Source of the DNA: a candidate division FCPU426 bacterium
GTDB lineage: Bacteria; Oederibacteriota; JAAXVQ01; JAUVAV01
Assembly (NCBI GenBank): GCA_040756875.1
Contig: JBFLYH010000002.1
Coordinates: 286,526 to 350,525 of the forward strand
DNA length: 64,000 bases
Direction of reading: 5' to 3'
Shown here: piece by piece, positions 8,571 through 16,897 of the stretch
Position numbering within the stretch: the stretch's first letter is position 1
Layout: the number at the start of each line of letters is the position of its first letter
Program-made: the position numbers and the translations under genes
Notes under the pieces: model-generated
Databases searched by the model: none
The model's input: only the letters and a program-made list of their open reading frames with translations
Told to the model about the DNA's origin: nothing

Positions 8571-10571
8571 TCATTTCACCACCACGACTTTTTGCTTCTT
8601 TTCCAAACCGGGTGTCTTAACGTGGATGATGTACACGCCGCTGGCCACGAGCTGCGAGGCGTCATTTTCCCCGCCCCATTCCACGGCATACTGGCCGGCC
8701 GCATAGTATTGATTGACCAGGGTTCTGACCCGCTCGCCGCGCAAAGAATAAACCTGGACGCTCACCCATCCGGGCTGATCCAAATCAAAGGCAATCAAAG
8801 CCTTGCGGTTCTGCAGGGGCTTGAGCTCCCGGCCCGTCACCTCGATGCGTTTCTCGGCTGCGGCGGCCGTGGCGGACAGCGATTGGTAGGAGTAATTGAC
8901 CGTAACCGGGCTGCCCGGACTTTCCACCCGGTACACACAGCCAAAAGCCAGTTTGCTGCCGATATAAGCGCCTTGCACCAGGCCGGCAACCGCGGAGCCG
9001 TGGCGGTTCACGGCCAGCGCTTCTGCCGCGCTGTCGAGCGGGCCAAAATTGGTCGCAGGCCCCCAGCCCGAAGCCGGCAAATACTCCTGGCTGACCGCCT
9101 GACAAACCATGGACGGGTTCAACACGCTGTAGATGCACAGCAACCGGCCGTACTCCGCGTTGCCGAGCCGTGGCATCAACAGCATCGCCGGTATTTCACT
9201 CGAAGCGATTTCCGTAGGCGCAAGCCAGCCAGGGCCGGTGCGGTACTCCCGGGCGTACAGCACGACCGCATTCGGCGAATTGGCCTGGCTAAAGGCGCAG
9301 ACCACATGGCCGGTGTCCTCCACCAGAACATCGCCAAACGCCATTGGAAAAGCAGTGGAAAGGGCGGTGTTTGCTATTAAGTCCACGATTTGCGGTCCCT
9401 GCCAGCCTGACCCCGGCAGATACAGGTTGACGTACTGCCTCATACATTCGCCGGTGGGCTGCTGAAACGCACAGGCGATCATGCCGCTGCTGTTAATGGC
9501 AATGGATGGATAGTCGGCATCCTGGCCCGTGGCTGCGTCCACGGGCACTGCGGCTGACCAGGTGCCGGCCGCGGGTTGAAAGGTGGTCACATACATCCGG
9601 TAATAGGCGCCCGAGCTCTGTGAAAACGCGCAAACGATCTGGCCCGAAGCATTGATGGCCATATCATAATTCGTCTTCAACGGTTGATTGTCGGAGTCTA
9701 TCGTTTCGGCGTCGGCCCACCCGCTCATCGGATCAAGGCGCCTCGTCCACAGGTGGTTCGAGCTGGTGAAAAACAGCGCGCCGGCGCCGTAATCGTTGAG
9801 CGCCAGCCCCCGCGGCGTCGGCCCCGGTCCCACGGCCTGGTCCATCAGCACGGCGCCTTGCCAGCCGGTGCCGACCTGAAACGTGTTGAGAAACAGGCGG
9901 TGGCTGCCGCCGTTCACTTCGCTGAACAGGCACAACCCCAGCCCTGTGTTGTTCAGCGCGACAAAAGTCTTGGATCCTTTGCTGTTGCCTTCGTAATCCA
10001 CCGGCACGGCGCCCTGCCAGCCTGATTGGGGATCGTAAAAATTCACGCATACCTGTTTGTGCCAGGCCGCCCCCTTTTCTACGCGGGCGCACAGCGCCTG
10101 GCCCTGGTCATTGAGCGCTATGCTGAGCGTTCCCGCGTCCATGGCCATGGGATTGAGCCTGGTGGGCGAATTCCAGCCCGCAGCCGCAAACTTGAATCGG
10201 CCGCTGGCCGGATCCACGGCCACCTGGCCGAGAATGGGGTAATTGGCATTGATCCAGTTGGCGCCGGACAAATCAGCGCCCACGGGCTGCAAGCCCGTTT
10301 TTTCCACCCATTCCTCGCCGTTGGAAAATATTTTATACGCCTGGCCATAGGCCGAACCGGCCTCGGCCTGCGACAGCAGCGAGCCGTCGGGCTTGGCCAG
10401 GCGCACGTCGATATTTTGGGATTGAAAGTGAAAGGTGTTCTCCAAGCTGTCGCCGGCGTTTCCGGCCGCGCCGTTGTAAACGGTCTCGGCACGCACCGGC
10501 CCGGCGGCCACGGCCACTGCCAACAACGCCGCCAGGACAGTCATCCAACCCGCGTGGGCAAGGTTGCGCAT
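8571..10571 (-). CDS. Secreted beta-propeller-like repeat protein with C-terminal FlgD-Ig / T9SS-like sorting domain
   Basis: Signal peptide; 7-8 ~48-aa repeats (IAIN..G...C.F......GW...VD); C-terminus VYSLRGERVRTL...WGGEN...SGVYI...KQKVVVVK. Confidence 0.8.
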   Translation of the reverse strand: MRNLAHAGWMTVLAALLAVAVAAGPVRAETVYNGAAGNAGDSLENTFHFQSQNIDVRLAKPDGSLLSQAEAGSAYGQAYKIFSNGEEWVEKTGLQPVGADLSGANWINANYPILGQVAVDPASGRFKFAAAGWNSPTRLNPMAMDAGTLSIALNDQGQALCARVEKGAAWHKQVCVNFYDPQSGWQGAVPVDYEGNSKGSKTFVALNNTGLGLCLFSEVNGGSHRLFLNTFQVGTGWQGAVLMDQAVGPGPTPRGLALNDYGAGALFFTSSNHLWTRRLDPMSGWADAETIDSDNQPLKTNYDMAINASGQIVCAFSQSSGAYYRMYVTTFQPAAGTWSAAVPVDAATGQDADYPSIAINSSGMIACAFQQPTGECMRQYVNLYLPGSGWQGPQIVDLIANTALSTAFPMAFGDVLVEDTGHVVCAFSQANSPNAVVLYAREYRTGPGWLAPTEIASSEIPAMLLMPRLGNAEYGRLLCIYSVLNPSMVCQAVSQEYLPASGWGPATNFGPLDSAAEALAVNRHGSAVAGLVQGAYIGSKLAFGCVYRVESPGSPVTVNYSYQSLSATAAAAEKRIEVTGRELKPLQNRKALIAFDLDQPGWVSVQVYSLRGERVRTLVNQYYAAGQYAVEWGGENDASQLVASGVYIIHVKTPGLEKKQKVVVVK

Positions 10572-10681
10572 ATCCCCTCCAAGATGTTTTTCGGATTTGG
10601 ATTCCAGAGTGCTTAAGTCGCTAATTGTACCACAAGGCAGGGTCCGTTTAAGGCGCTTTGGACATTAATTGCGCCCGGCGG

Positions 10682-10999
10682 CTATTTGCCCCAGCGGCCG
10701 ACCGCAAAACCCAGGCCCGCGCCGAGCAGCAATGTCATCAGGCTGATCGGCAGCAAGGTCGCGGGCGATTTCCAGCCGACGAGAACAGCGCAAGGCGTCA
10801 AAACCAGGAACGGAATGATAATACCTTTGAGCACAGGCGGAAGTTTCAGATTGGAAGCCGCGATCAGGAATCCCGAGACCACCCACAGGGAAAATGCGCT
10901 CAGGTTGGCGTCCCAGGTCAGGTGCTGCGCGACCATGGGGACGACGTCAATGGCGCCGGCCACCGCGCCGGCCAAAAGTCCAAAGATCGGTTTGCGCAT
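10682..10999 (-). CDS. Small 4-TM membrane protein, unknown function
   Basis: 105 aa hydrophobic ORF, GGAGGG SD. Confidence 0.75.
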   Translation of the reverse strand: MRKPIFGLLAGAVAGAIDVVPMVAQHLTWDANLSAFSLWVVSGFLIAASNLKLPPVLKGIIIPFLVLTPCAVLVGWKSPATLLPISLMTLLLGAGLGFAVGRWGK

Positions 11000-11114
11000 G
11001 TCAGCCCTCCGGGTCCGGGATGAGGACTAGTATATCGCTTTTTCTCCCACAGGAGACGCGATATTTCCGGCAATATTCTTCCGCAGATAAAAGCGGTCTG
11101 TTATAATCGCCTCC

Positions 11115-11831
11115 ATGCCAAAACCGCGCCGCATGACCGAAATAGCCGATCATTTCAACCGCGAGGCCGCGAAATTCGACGACCGGGTGGTCAAAATCGT
11201 CCCCGATTACCGGGAAATGCTCGCGGCCCTGGTCGGCAGCCTGGATTTTCCCGCGAAAAAAAACATCCATGTGCTGGATTTGGGTTGCGGAACCGGAACC
11301 ATTGCCCTGGCCGTCAAACAGCGATTCCCCCGCGCGTCCGTCCACTGCGTGGACCTGGTGCCGAACATGCTCCAACTGGCGGCGTATAAATTGCACCGCT
11401 ATTCCGGCGTTACTTTCGAGCAGGCTGATTTCCACCGTTATGCGATCAGCCGCAGGTATCATGCCGTGGTGACGTCCCTGGCCCTGCACCACCTGGAAAC
11501 CGACGCGGACAAAATGAAAATGCACCGTAAAATCTTCCGCGCGCTGCTGCCGGGCGGCGTGTTCGCCAGCGCGGACATCACGGTTTCCCCCCGGAAAAAC
11601 CTGCAGCAGCTGTATCTGGGCAAATGGGCGCAATTCGTCCGCCGGTCTTTCTCCGAGGCGGCGCTCGCCGAAAACTACCGCCGCTACCAGCGCGAAGACC
11701 GGCCTTCAATCCTGCGCCGGGAGCTCGGCTGGCTGGAGCGGATCGGGTTCAGGCACGTGGAGGTCTTGTGGAAGTATTACAATTTCGCCGTTTACGCGGC
11801 GTATAAGTCGCCCGCGCATTCCAATACATGA
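11115..11831 (+). CDS. Class I SAM-dependent methyltransferase (CmoA-like)
   Basis: VLDLGCGTG, SLALHHL, LLPGG motifs. Confidence 0.9.
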   Translation: MPKPRRMTEIADHFNREAAKFDDRVVKIVPDYREMLAALVGSLDFPAKKNIHVLDLGCGTGTIALAVKQRFPRASVHCVDLVPNMLQLAAYKLHRYSGVTFEQADFHRYAISRRYHAVVTSLALHHLETDADKMKMHRKIFRALLPGGVFASADITVSPRKNLQQLYLGKWAQFVRRSFSEAALAENYRRYQREDRPSILRRELGWLERIGFRHVEVLWKYYNFAVYAAYKSPAHSNT

Positions 11832-11848
11832 ACAAAAGGATGCAGCAC

Positions 11849-12658
11849 ATGAAAACCGTTTTCATCACCGGTTCCTCGTCCGGCATCGGCAAGGAAACCG
11901 CCCTGTATTTCCTGGAAAAAGGCTGGCAGGTGGTGGCGACCATGCGCCATCCGGAAAAGCGGCAGACCGATTTGCACGGCCGCCCGGGCCTGGACCTGGT
12001 GCATCTGGACGTGGAGGACCCGGCCTCCATCCGCGCGGCGGTCCAGGCGGCCGCCAACAAATACCCCACCCTGGACGTGCTGGTCAACAACGCAGGGTAT
12101 TCCCTGTCCGGCTTGTTCGAGAACGCCACGGCCGAACAAGTCGAGCAGCAGTACCGGACCAACGTGCTGGGACTCATGGCCGTGACCCGCGAATTCCTGC
12201 CCATTTTCAGGAAGCAGCGGGCGGGCGTCCTGGTCAACGTGGCTTCCATCGGCGGGCGGCTGACGTTTCCGTTCTACAGCCTCTACAACAGCACCAAGTG
12301 GGCGGTGGAAGGGTTCAGCGAGGGATTGCACTACGAGCTGGAGGACTTGAACATTAAAGTGAAAATCATCGAGCCCGGGATCATCCTGACGGATTTTTAC
12401 GACCGTTCCATGGTGATTCCCAAACAGTCCCTGGCTTCCGAGTACGGCCCCCTGGCCGAACGGTTCGAGTCCAACATGCGCAAGCTCATTCGCGGCGGGT
12501 CGCATCCGCGCGTCATCGCCAAGCTGATCCACCGGGCGGCCACGGACAACTCCCGCAGGCTCCGCTACGCGGGCGGACGCTACGCCCGCTTCATGCTGGC
12601 CCTGCGGCGCCTGCTGCCCGACCGGCTGCTGCACGCATTGCTGAAGCGGGCGGCATGA
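11849..12658 (+). CDS. Short-chain dehydrogenase/reductase
   Basis: TGSSSGIG, NNAG, YNSTK. Confidence 0.93.
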   Translation: MKTVFITGSSSGIGKETALYFLEKGWQVVATMRHPEKRQTDLHGRPGLDLVHLDVEDPASIRAAVQAAANKYPTLDVLVNNAGYSLSGLFENATAEQVEQQYRTNVLGLMAVTREFLPIFRKQRAGVLVNVASIGGRLTFPFYSLYNSTKWAVEGFSEGLHYELEDLNIKVKIIEPGIILTDFYDRSMVIPKQSLASEYGPLAERFESNMRKLIRGGSHPRVIAKLIHRAATDNSRRLRYAGGRYARFMLALRRLLPDRLLHALLKRAA

Positions 12659-12667
12659 ATTCCGCGG

Positions 12668-13279
12668 TCAATCGTACCCGCCCCGCGAGGAAATCCATTC
12701 CGTTTTGAAGCGCAGCTTCCCTACCGCGGACCGGTCCAGGTCGATCCGGAGAACCGAAGTGATGTTGGGGTCGGCCAGCACATAAAAGCGGGCGTGCTGC
12801 TTGCCGCCGGCCACCTGGTAGACAGGCGGAGCGATGGCCCGTTCCTGCGGAGTCGCTTCGCCCCCGAGGTCGCCGGGCCGGTTCAAGATTTTTACGCGGC
12901 CGAGCGAGGCAAAGGCCAAGACCACCTGCTTGAGCGCGAACTTGCGCACCACCGGCCGGCTGTTGAGAAACGCCACCACCTCCTGGAAGCTTTCCAAGAA
13001 AACCGGTTCGCCCTTGGGCGGCGCCACCAGCGTGCGTTCCAGGATGGTCCGGCCGGCGAGTCGGGACTGCGGATTGAAGACATCCACCCGGTATACCGCA
13101 TAGCCTTTGAAGGCTTCGGCCAAAACCGGGTCCGCAGAGGGCGCGAATCCCCGGAGATTTTCCCCATAGTGTTGGCGGGCGAGTTTTTCCATGCGAGCCT
13201 CCCTGGCGTCCTGGGCAGCCAGCAGCGGCGCCCATCCGGACAATAACATCAGCAATAGCAGCCACACGACGCATTTCAT
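12668..13279 (-). CDS. Exported hypothetical protein
   Basis: GGAGGAGG SD, signal peptide MKCVVWLLLLMLLSGWAPLLA. Confidence 0.7.
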   Translation of the reverse strand: MKCVVWLLLLMLLSGWAPLLAAQDAREARMEKLARQHYGENLRGFAPSADPVLAEAFKGYAVYRVDVFNPQSRLAGRTILERTLVAPPKGEPVFLESFQEVVAFLNSRPVVRKFALKQVVLAFASLGRVKILNRPGDLGGEATPQERAIAPPVYQVAGGKQHARFYVLADPNITSVLRIDLDRSAVGKLRFKTEWISSRGGYD

Positions 13280-13447
13280 TTTATACCTCCTCCCTCTGAT
13301 CACACTCCTGCTTTTCGGAACTTATGAGTTGCTTTAACGGTTCGGCGCCTATGATCCTCCAAGCTACCCGCTCCGACACCCGGTTCCAATCGTCACGCTT
13401 GCCTCGGGCCATTTTCTTCGCACCGCTCAAAACATATTGCGTCACCG

Positions 13448-14380
13448 CTATAACTCCACATCCATTCGCTTAGAGGGAATTCGTTGTTTCAAACGATTCA
13501 ACCTTTTCTCGATTTCGTCGAATAATTCAGGCTCGTTCATCTTCGTGATCAATCTCAAACACCTGAGATAAGCTTGGCCAGCCTCCTCCTCCTGATAGAG
13601 CTTTTCATAACATTCTCCTGAATGAAAATACGCCCCAGCGTGATTAGGTTCTTGACGCAAAGTCTCTTTAAAATCCCGCAAAGCTTCCTCGCTCCGGTTG
13701 GCCACCATTAAACAAATTCCTCGCCGGAAATAAGCGTCGGTCAGTTTCGGGTCTAATTCCAAGGCGCGGTTGAAATCCTCGATAGCATATCCCCGCTGAT
13801 TGCTCGACAGATTGATATAACTTTGCTCCATACGAATTTCTCCGCGCAATACATAAGTCTTTGCTTTGGTGTTGTCCATCTGGATGGCCCGGTCGCAATT
13901 GGACCATGCTTGGGCAAGGCACCCCTCCATATCTTTCATGGCAGAGGCCCTTTCGCTGCCGGCTGAAAAATCCGTGGGATTTATCCTGACTCTCTCATTC
14001 AACTCCGTCCAGCGCCGCCTTTGATCACGGCCCATCGCCAAATAGACCAAAGCCCGTCCAATATAAGGCTCCATCGAGGCAGGGTCAAGGAGTGCGGCCT
14101 GATTAAAATCATTGAGTGCATCCGGATAACTCTGAATTCCCACATAGGCATTTCCACGCGCCAAATAACCTTTTGCTTCCCTGGGCTGGGCCTGAAGAAA
14201 AGCGCTCAGCGAGACGACTGCTTCGCGTAAATCTCCCCTATGCAATTGGTCAAGACCCATATACCAATTTATTTCAGCCTGGGTCTGCCTGGTTTTCTCA
14301 TTGCCGGCGTCCAACGATATCGTCCCGAAAATCAGCACTATACCCAGCGCACCTGCCAGGGGCATTCTGATGGTGATCAT
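13448..14380 (-). CDS. Tetratricopeptide-repeat protein with N-terminal signal/TM segment
   Basis: Repeated Y..RG......Y..A..DF..A..L.P motifs; lower GC than flanks. Confidence 0.85.
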   Translation of the reverse strand: MITIRMPLAGALGIVLIFGTISLDAGNEKTRQTQAEINWYMGLDQLHRGDLREAVVSLSAFLQAQPREAKGYLARGNAYVGIQSYPDALNDFNQAALLDPASMEPYIGRALVYLAMGRDQRRRWTELNERVRINPTDFSAGSERASAMKDMEGCLAQAWSNCDRAIQMDNTKAKTYVLRGEIRMEQSYINLSSNQRGYAIEDFNRALELDPKLTDAYFRRGICLMVANRSEEALRDFKETLRQEPNHAGAYFHSGECYEKLYQEEEAGQAYLRCLRLITKMNEPELFDEIEKRLNRLKQRIPSKRMDVEL

Positions 14381-14429
14381 GCAATCCCTCCGGCTTTCAT
14401 TTAAGGGTAGGCTTGGAGCATCCCGCGCC

Positions 14430-14843
14430 TCACAAATCAAAATACACTTCCGCCAGCCAGCCGCCGCTTCCCTGTTCGACCTTCAGGCCGTGGTAGGTGG
14501 GGCTTTTGATCTCCGCGGCAAAGGCCTCGGGGCTGATCGGAACGAACGCCGCTTCGATGGTGACGCGGCCGGGCAGCGCCAGTTTGGCCTCTACGCGGAC
14601 CGCGGCTTGCCGGCGCGTGTAAAGCCGATAAACCAACTCTTCCAAAAAAATCACCAGCAAGGACGCCAGGCCGTCACCTGCCAGCTGCAGCGTGGTTTTT
14701 TCCGGCTGCGCACCGGCAGGAGGCGCGGTCAGGGCCAGCGCGTACAACCCCTGAGCCGCGTGCGCGAACAACGCCTCCGGCGTTTCGCCCCGGATCCGCA
14801 GCCCCGCATCCGCCGTGTGCTCGAGAATTTCGAAAGGGTTCAT
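14430..14843 (-). CDS. Archease (RtcB activator)
   Basis: FEILEHTADAG...EIKSPTYHGL...YFDL. Confidence 0.93.
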   Translation of the reverse strand: MNPFEILEHTADAGLRIRGETPEALFAHAAQGLYALALTAPPAGAQPEKTTLQLAGDGLASLLVIFLEELVYRLYTRRQAAVRVEAKLALPGRVTIEAAFVPISPEAFAAEIKSPTYHGLKVEQGSGGWLAEVYFDL

Positions 14844-15063
14844 ATTTCCTTTCTTTTTCCCTTTTTCCTCCACCGGTGGGCGGGTCAGGGTAAGAGGCGT
14901 CATTGAGAAAGCGTTTGTGAAAAGGACTAGTCGTGTTACCTTTTCACAAGCCGAGGCTGCCGACCCCAGGGCAGCCGTCTTTCGAAATGATGCCTCTTAC
15001 CAAACACCTTTCAAATTTGCATTCGGCCGCTGTCCTGCGAAGCGCTTCCCGGGGCCGCGCGAC

Positions 15064-16524
15064 TCACCCCTTCACTACGCCCAACGGCCTCATTCGCGCC
15101 ACCTTCCGCGACAGCCCCGCCTGGTGCACGGTCTCCACCACTTCATCGATGTTCTTGTACGCGGCCGGCGCCTCCTCGGCCAGGGTCTCCCGGCCGCGCG
15201 CCATGACCTGAATGCCCTGGGCCGCCAACTCCGCGCCGATCGAGCGCCCCTGGGCCTGGCGGATGGCCGCGTGGCGCGAAAGCACGCGGCCCGCGCCGTG
15301 CGCCGTGGAACCGAAGCTTTGCTCCATGGCCGCCGCGCCGCCCGCGCACACGTAGGACGCCGTGCCCATGCTGCCGGGAATCAGCACCGGCTGGCCGACG
15401 GAGCGGTAGCGTTCGGCAACCTCCGGATGGCCGGCCGGAAAGGCGCGGGTGGCGCCCTTGCGGTGCACGCACACCTGCCGCGGCTTTCCGTCCACCTGAT
15501 GCGTCTCCAGTTTCGCGATGTTGTGCGCCACGTCGTAAACCAGGTGCAGGCCCAGGCGCTCGGCCGGCTTGCCCAGGGTGTCCTGAAACGCCTCGCGCAC
15601 CCAGTGCGTGATGCACTGGCGGTTGGCCCAGGCGTAATTCGCGGCCGCGGCCATGGCCGCCAGGTATTCCCGGCCTTCGGTGGACTGGATCGGCGCGCAA
15701 GCCAACTGGGGGTCAGGCAGTTCCACACCGTACGTGCGGGTCGCACGCCGCAGGACGCCCAGAAAATCCTCGCACACCTGGTATCCCAGGCCGCGCGAGC
15801 CGCAGTGGATCATGACCGTGACCTGGCCAATGCGCAGGCCGTAGGCCTCGGCCGCGGCCTGGTCGTATACTTCGTCCACCGTCTGCACTTCCAAAAAATG
15901 ATTGCCCGAACCCAGGGTGCCGAGCTGGGAAAGCCCGCGCTCCAGGGCCCGGGCGCTGAGCAGGCCGCTGTCCGCATCCCCCAGCCGCCCCTCGTTCTCC
16001 GTGCGTTCGGCGTCCTCCTGCCAGCCGTAGCCCTGGCCCACGGCCCAGCGGGAACCCTGCTCCAGCACCCGCTTGAGCTCCGGCGCCTTGAGCGTGATCC
16101 GGCCTTCGCTACCCACGCCCGCCGGAACGCGTCGAAAGAGATTGGCCAGCAGGTCGCGCAGTTTCGGGACGACTTCATCTTGTTCCAGCCGCGAAGCGAG
16201 CAGCCGCACGCCGCAATTGATGTCGTATCCCACGCCGCCGGGCGACACCACGCCCCGCTCCACGTCAAAAGCCGCCACGCCGCCGATGGGGAAACCGTAG
16301 CCCCAATGGATGTCCGGCATGGCGAAGGACGCGCCGACGATTCCCGGCAGGTGGGCCACATGGATCACCTGCTCGAGGGCCTGGTCGCGGAACACATCCT
16401 CCAGGAGCCCGGCCGAGGCAAAGATCCGGCCGTCCACACGCATGCCCGGGTGCTGTTCCTTGGGGATCCGCCACAGATTCGGGCCCATGGGTTCGAGTTT
16501 GGGGGGAGCGGCGGGAGTTTTCAT
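15064..16524 (-). CDS. rtcB: RtcB RNA ligase
   Basis: MPDIHWGYGFPIGG, GYDINCG, GSGNHF, HNIAK, HRKGAT, HGAGR; the ORF-track N-terminal extension comes from the MITE. Confidence 0.96.
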   Translation of the reverse strand: MKTPAAPPKLEPMGPNLWRIPKEQHPGMRVDGRIFASAGLLEDVFRDQALEQVIHVAHLPGIVGASFAMPDIHWGYGFPIGGVAAFDVERGVVSPGGVGYDINCGVRLLASRLEQDEVVPKLRDLLANLFRRVPAGVGSEGRITLKAPELKRVLEQGSRWAVGQGYGWQEDAERTENEGRLGDADSGLLSARALERGLSQLGTLGSGNHFLEVQTVDEVYDQAAAEAYGLRIGQVTVMIHCGSRGLGYQVCEDFLGVLRRATRTYGVELPDPQLACAPIQSTEGREYLAAMAAAANYAWANRQCITHWVREAFQDTLGKPAERLGLHLVYDVAHNIAKLETHQVDGKPRQVCVHRKGATRAFPAGHPEVAERYRSVGQPVLIPGSMGTASYVCAGGAAAMEQSFGSTAHGAGRVLSRHAAIRQAQGRSIGAELAAQGIQVMARGRETLAEEAPAAYKNIDEVVETVHQAGLSRKVARMRPLGVVKG

Positions 16525-16556
16525 GGCTGGGCCTCGCGAAGCGGTATTGGGCTTAG

Positions 16557-16685
16557 CAGGCTGATGAAAAAGTCCGCAGAGCGGTCTTTTTCGATTGCGT
16601 TGCGTGGAATACCCCATGAAAAATCAGAGTTTTTCACGGGGTAACAGCGTGCTAGCGGAACACATATGGGTTTTTCAGCACCCTG
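16557..16685. mobile_element. MITE copy 1 (129 bp)
   Basis: TIRs CAGGCTGATGAAAAA / TTTTTCAGCACCCTG; TTAG direct repeats at 16553-16556 and 16686-16689; second copy at 48325-48454. Confidence 0.85.
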
Positions 16686-16762
16686 TTAGTATAAACCCGT
16701 GCTCAGGGCGGCGCAACCGGAGACGCGGTTTTTTGCGTGCAACCCGCAATGAGCTGACTTAT

Positions 16763-16839
16763 GATGGAGCCCTACGGCCTGTAAGGCCGTAGCACCCTGC
16801 CTGCCATGCGCATCAAGCATGGCAGGGGGCGACATCCCC
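16763..16839 (-). ncRNA. Candidate structured RNA/repeat motif, copy D (divergent)
   Basis: Plus-strand ATGGAGCC-hairpin-CACCC-hairpin-GGCGACATCCC; same conserved boxes as copies at 25416, 25546 and 25969. Confidence 0.5.
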
Positions 16840-16897
16840 GCAGCGGAAACGTTGGATTTATCCCCATACGATTTCTTCTGCGAAGGGGATATCTTTC

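Noticed and set aside
16525-16617. N-terminal extensions of RtcB (and of the GT4 at 48271-48447)
   Set aside because: They are read-through of MITE sequence; family homology begins at the downstream ATGs.
16764-16797. Group II intron domain V (GAGCC...) or HDV-like ribozyme
   Set aside because: No GGUUC 3' arm or AC bulge, and no nested double-pseudoknot pattern could be built.
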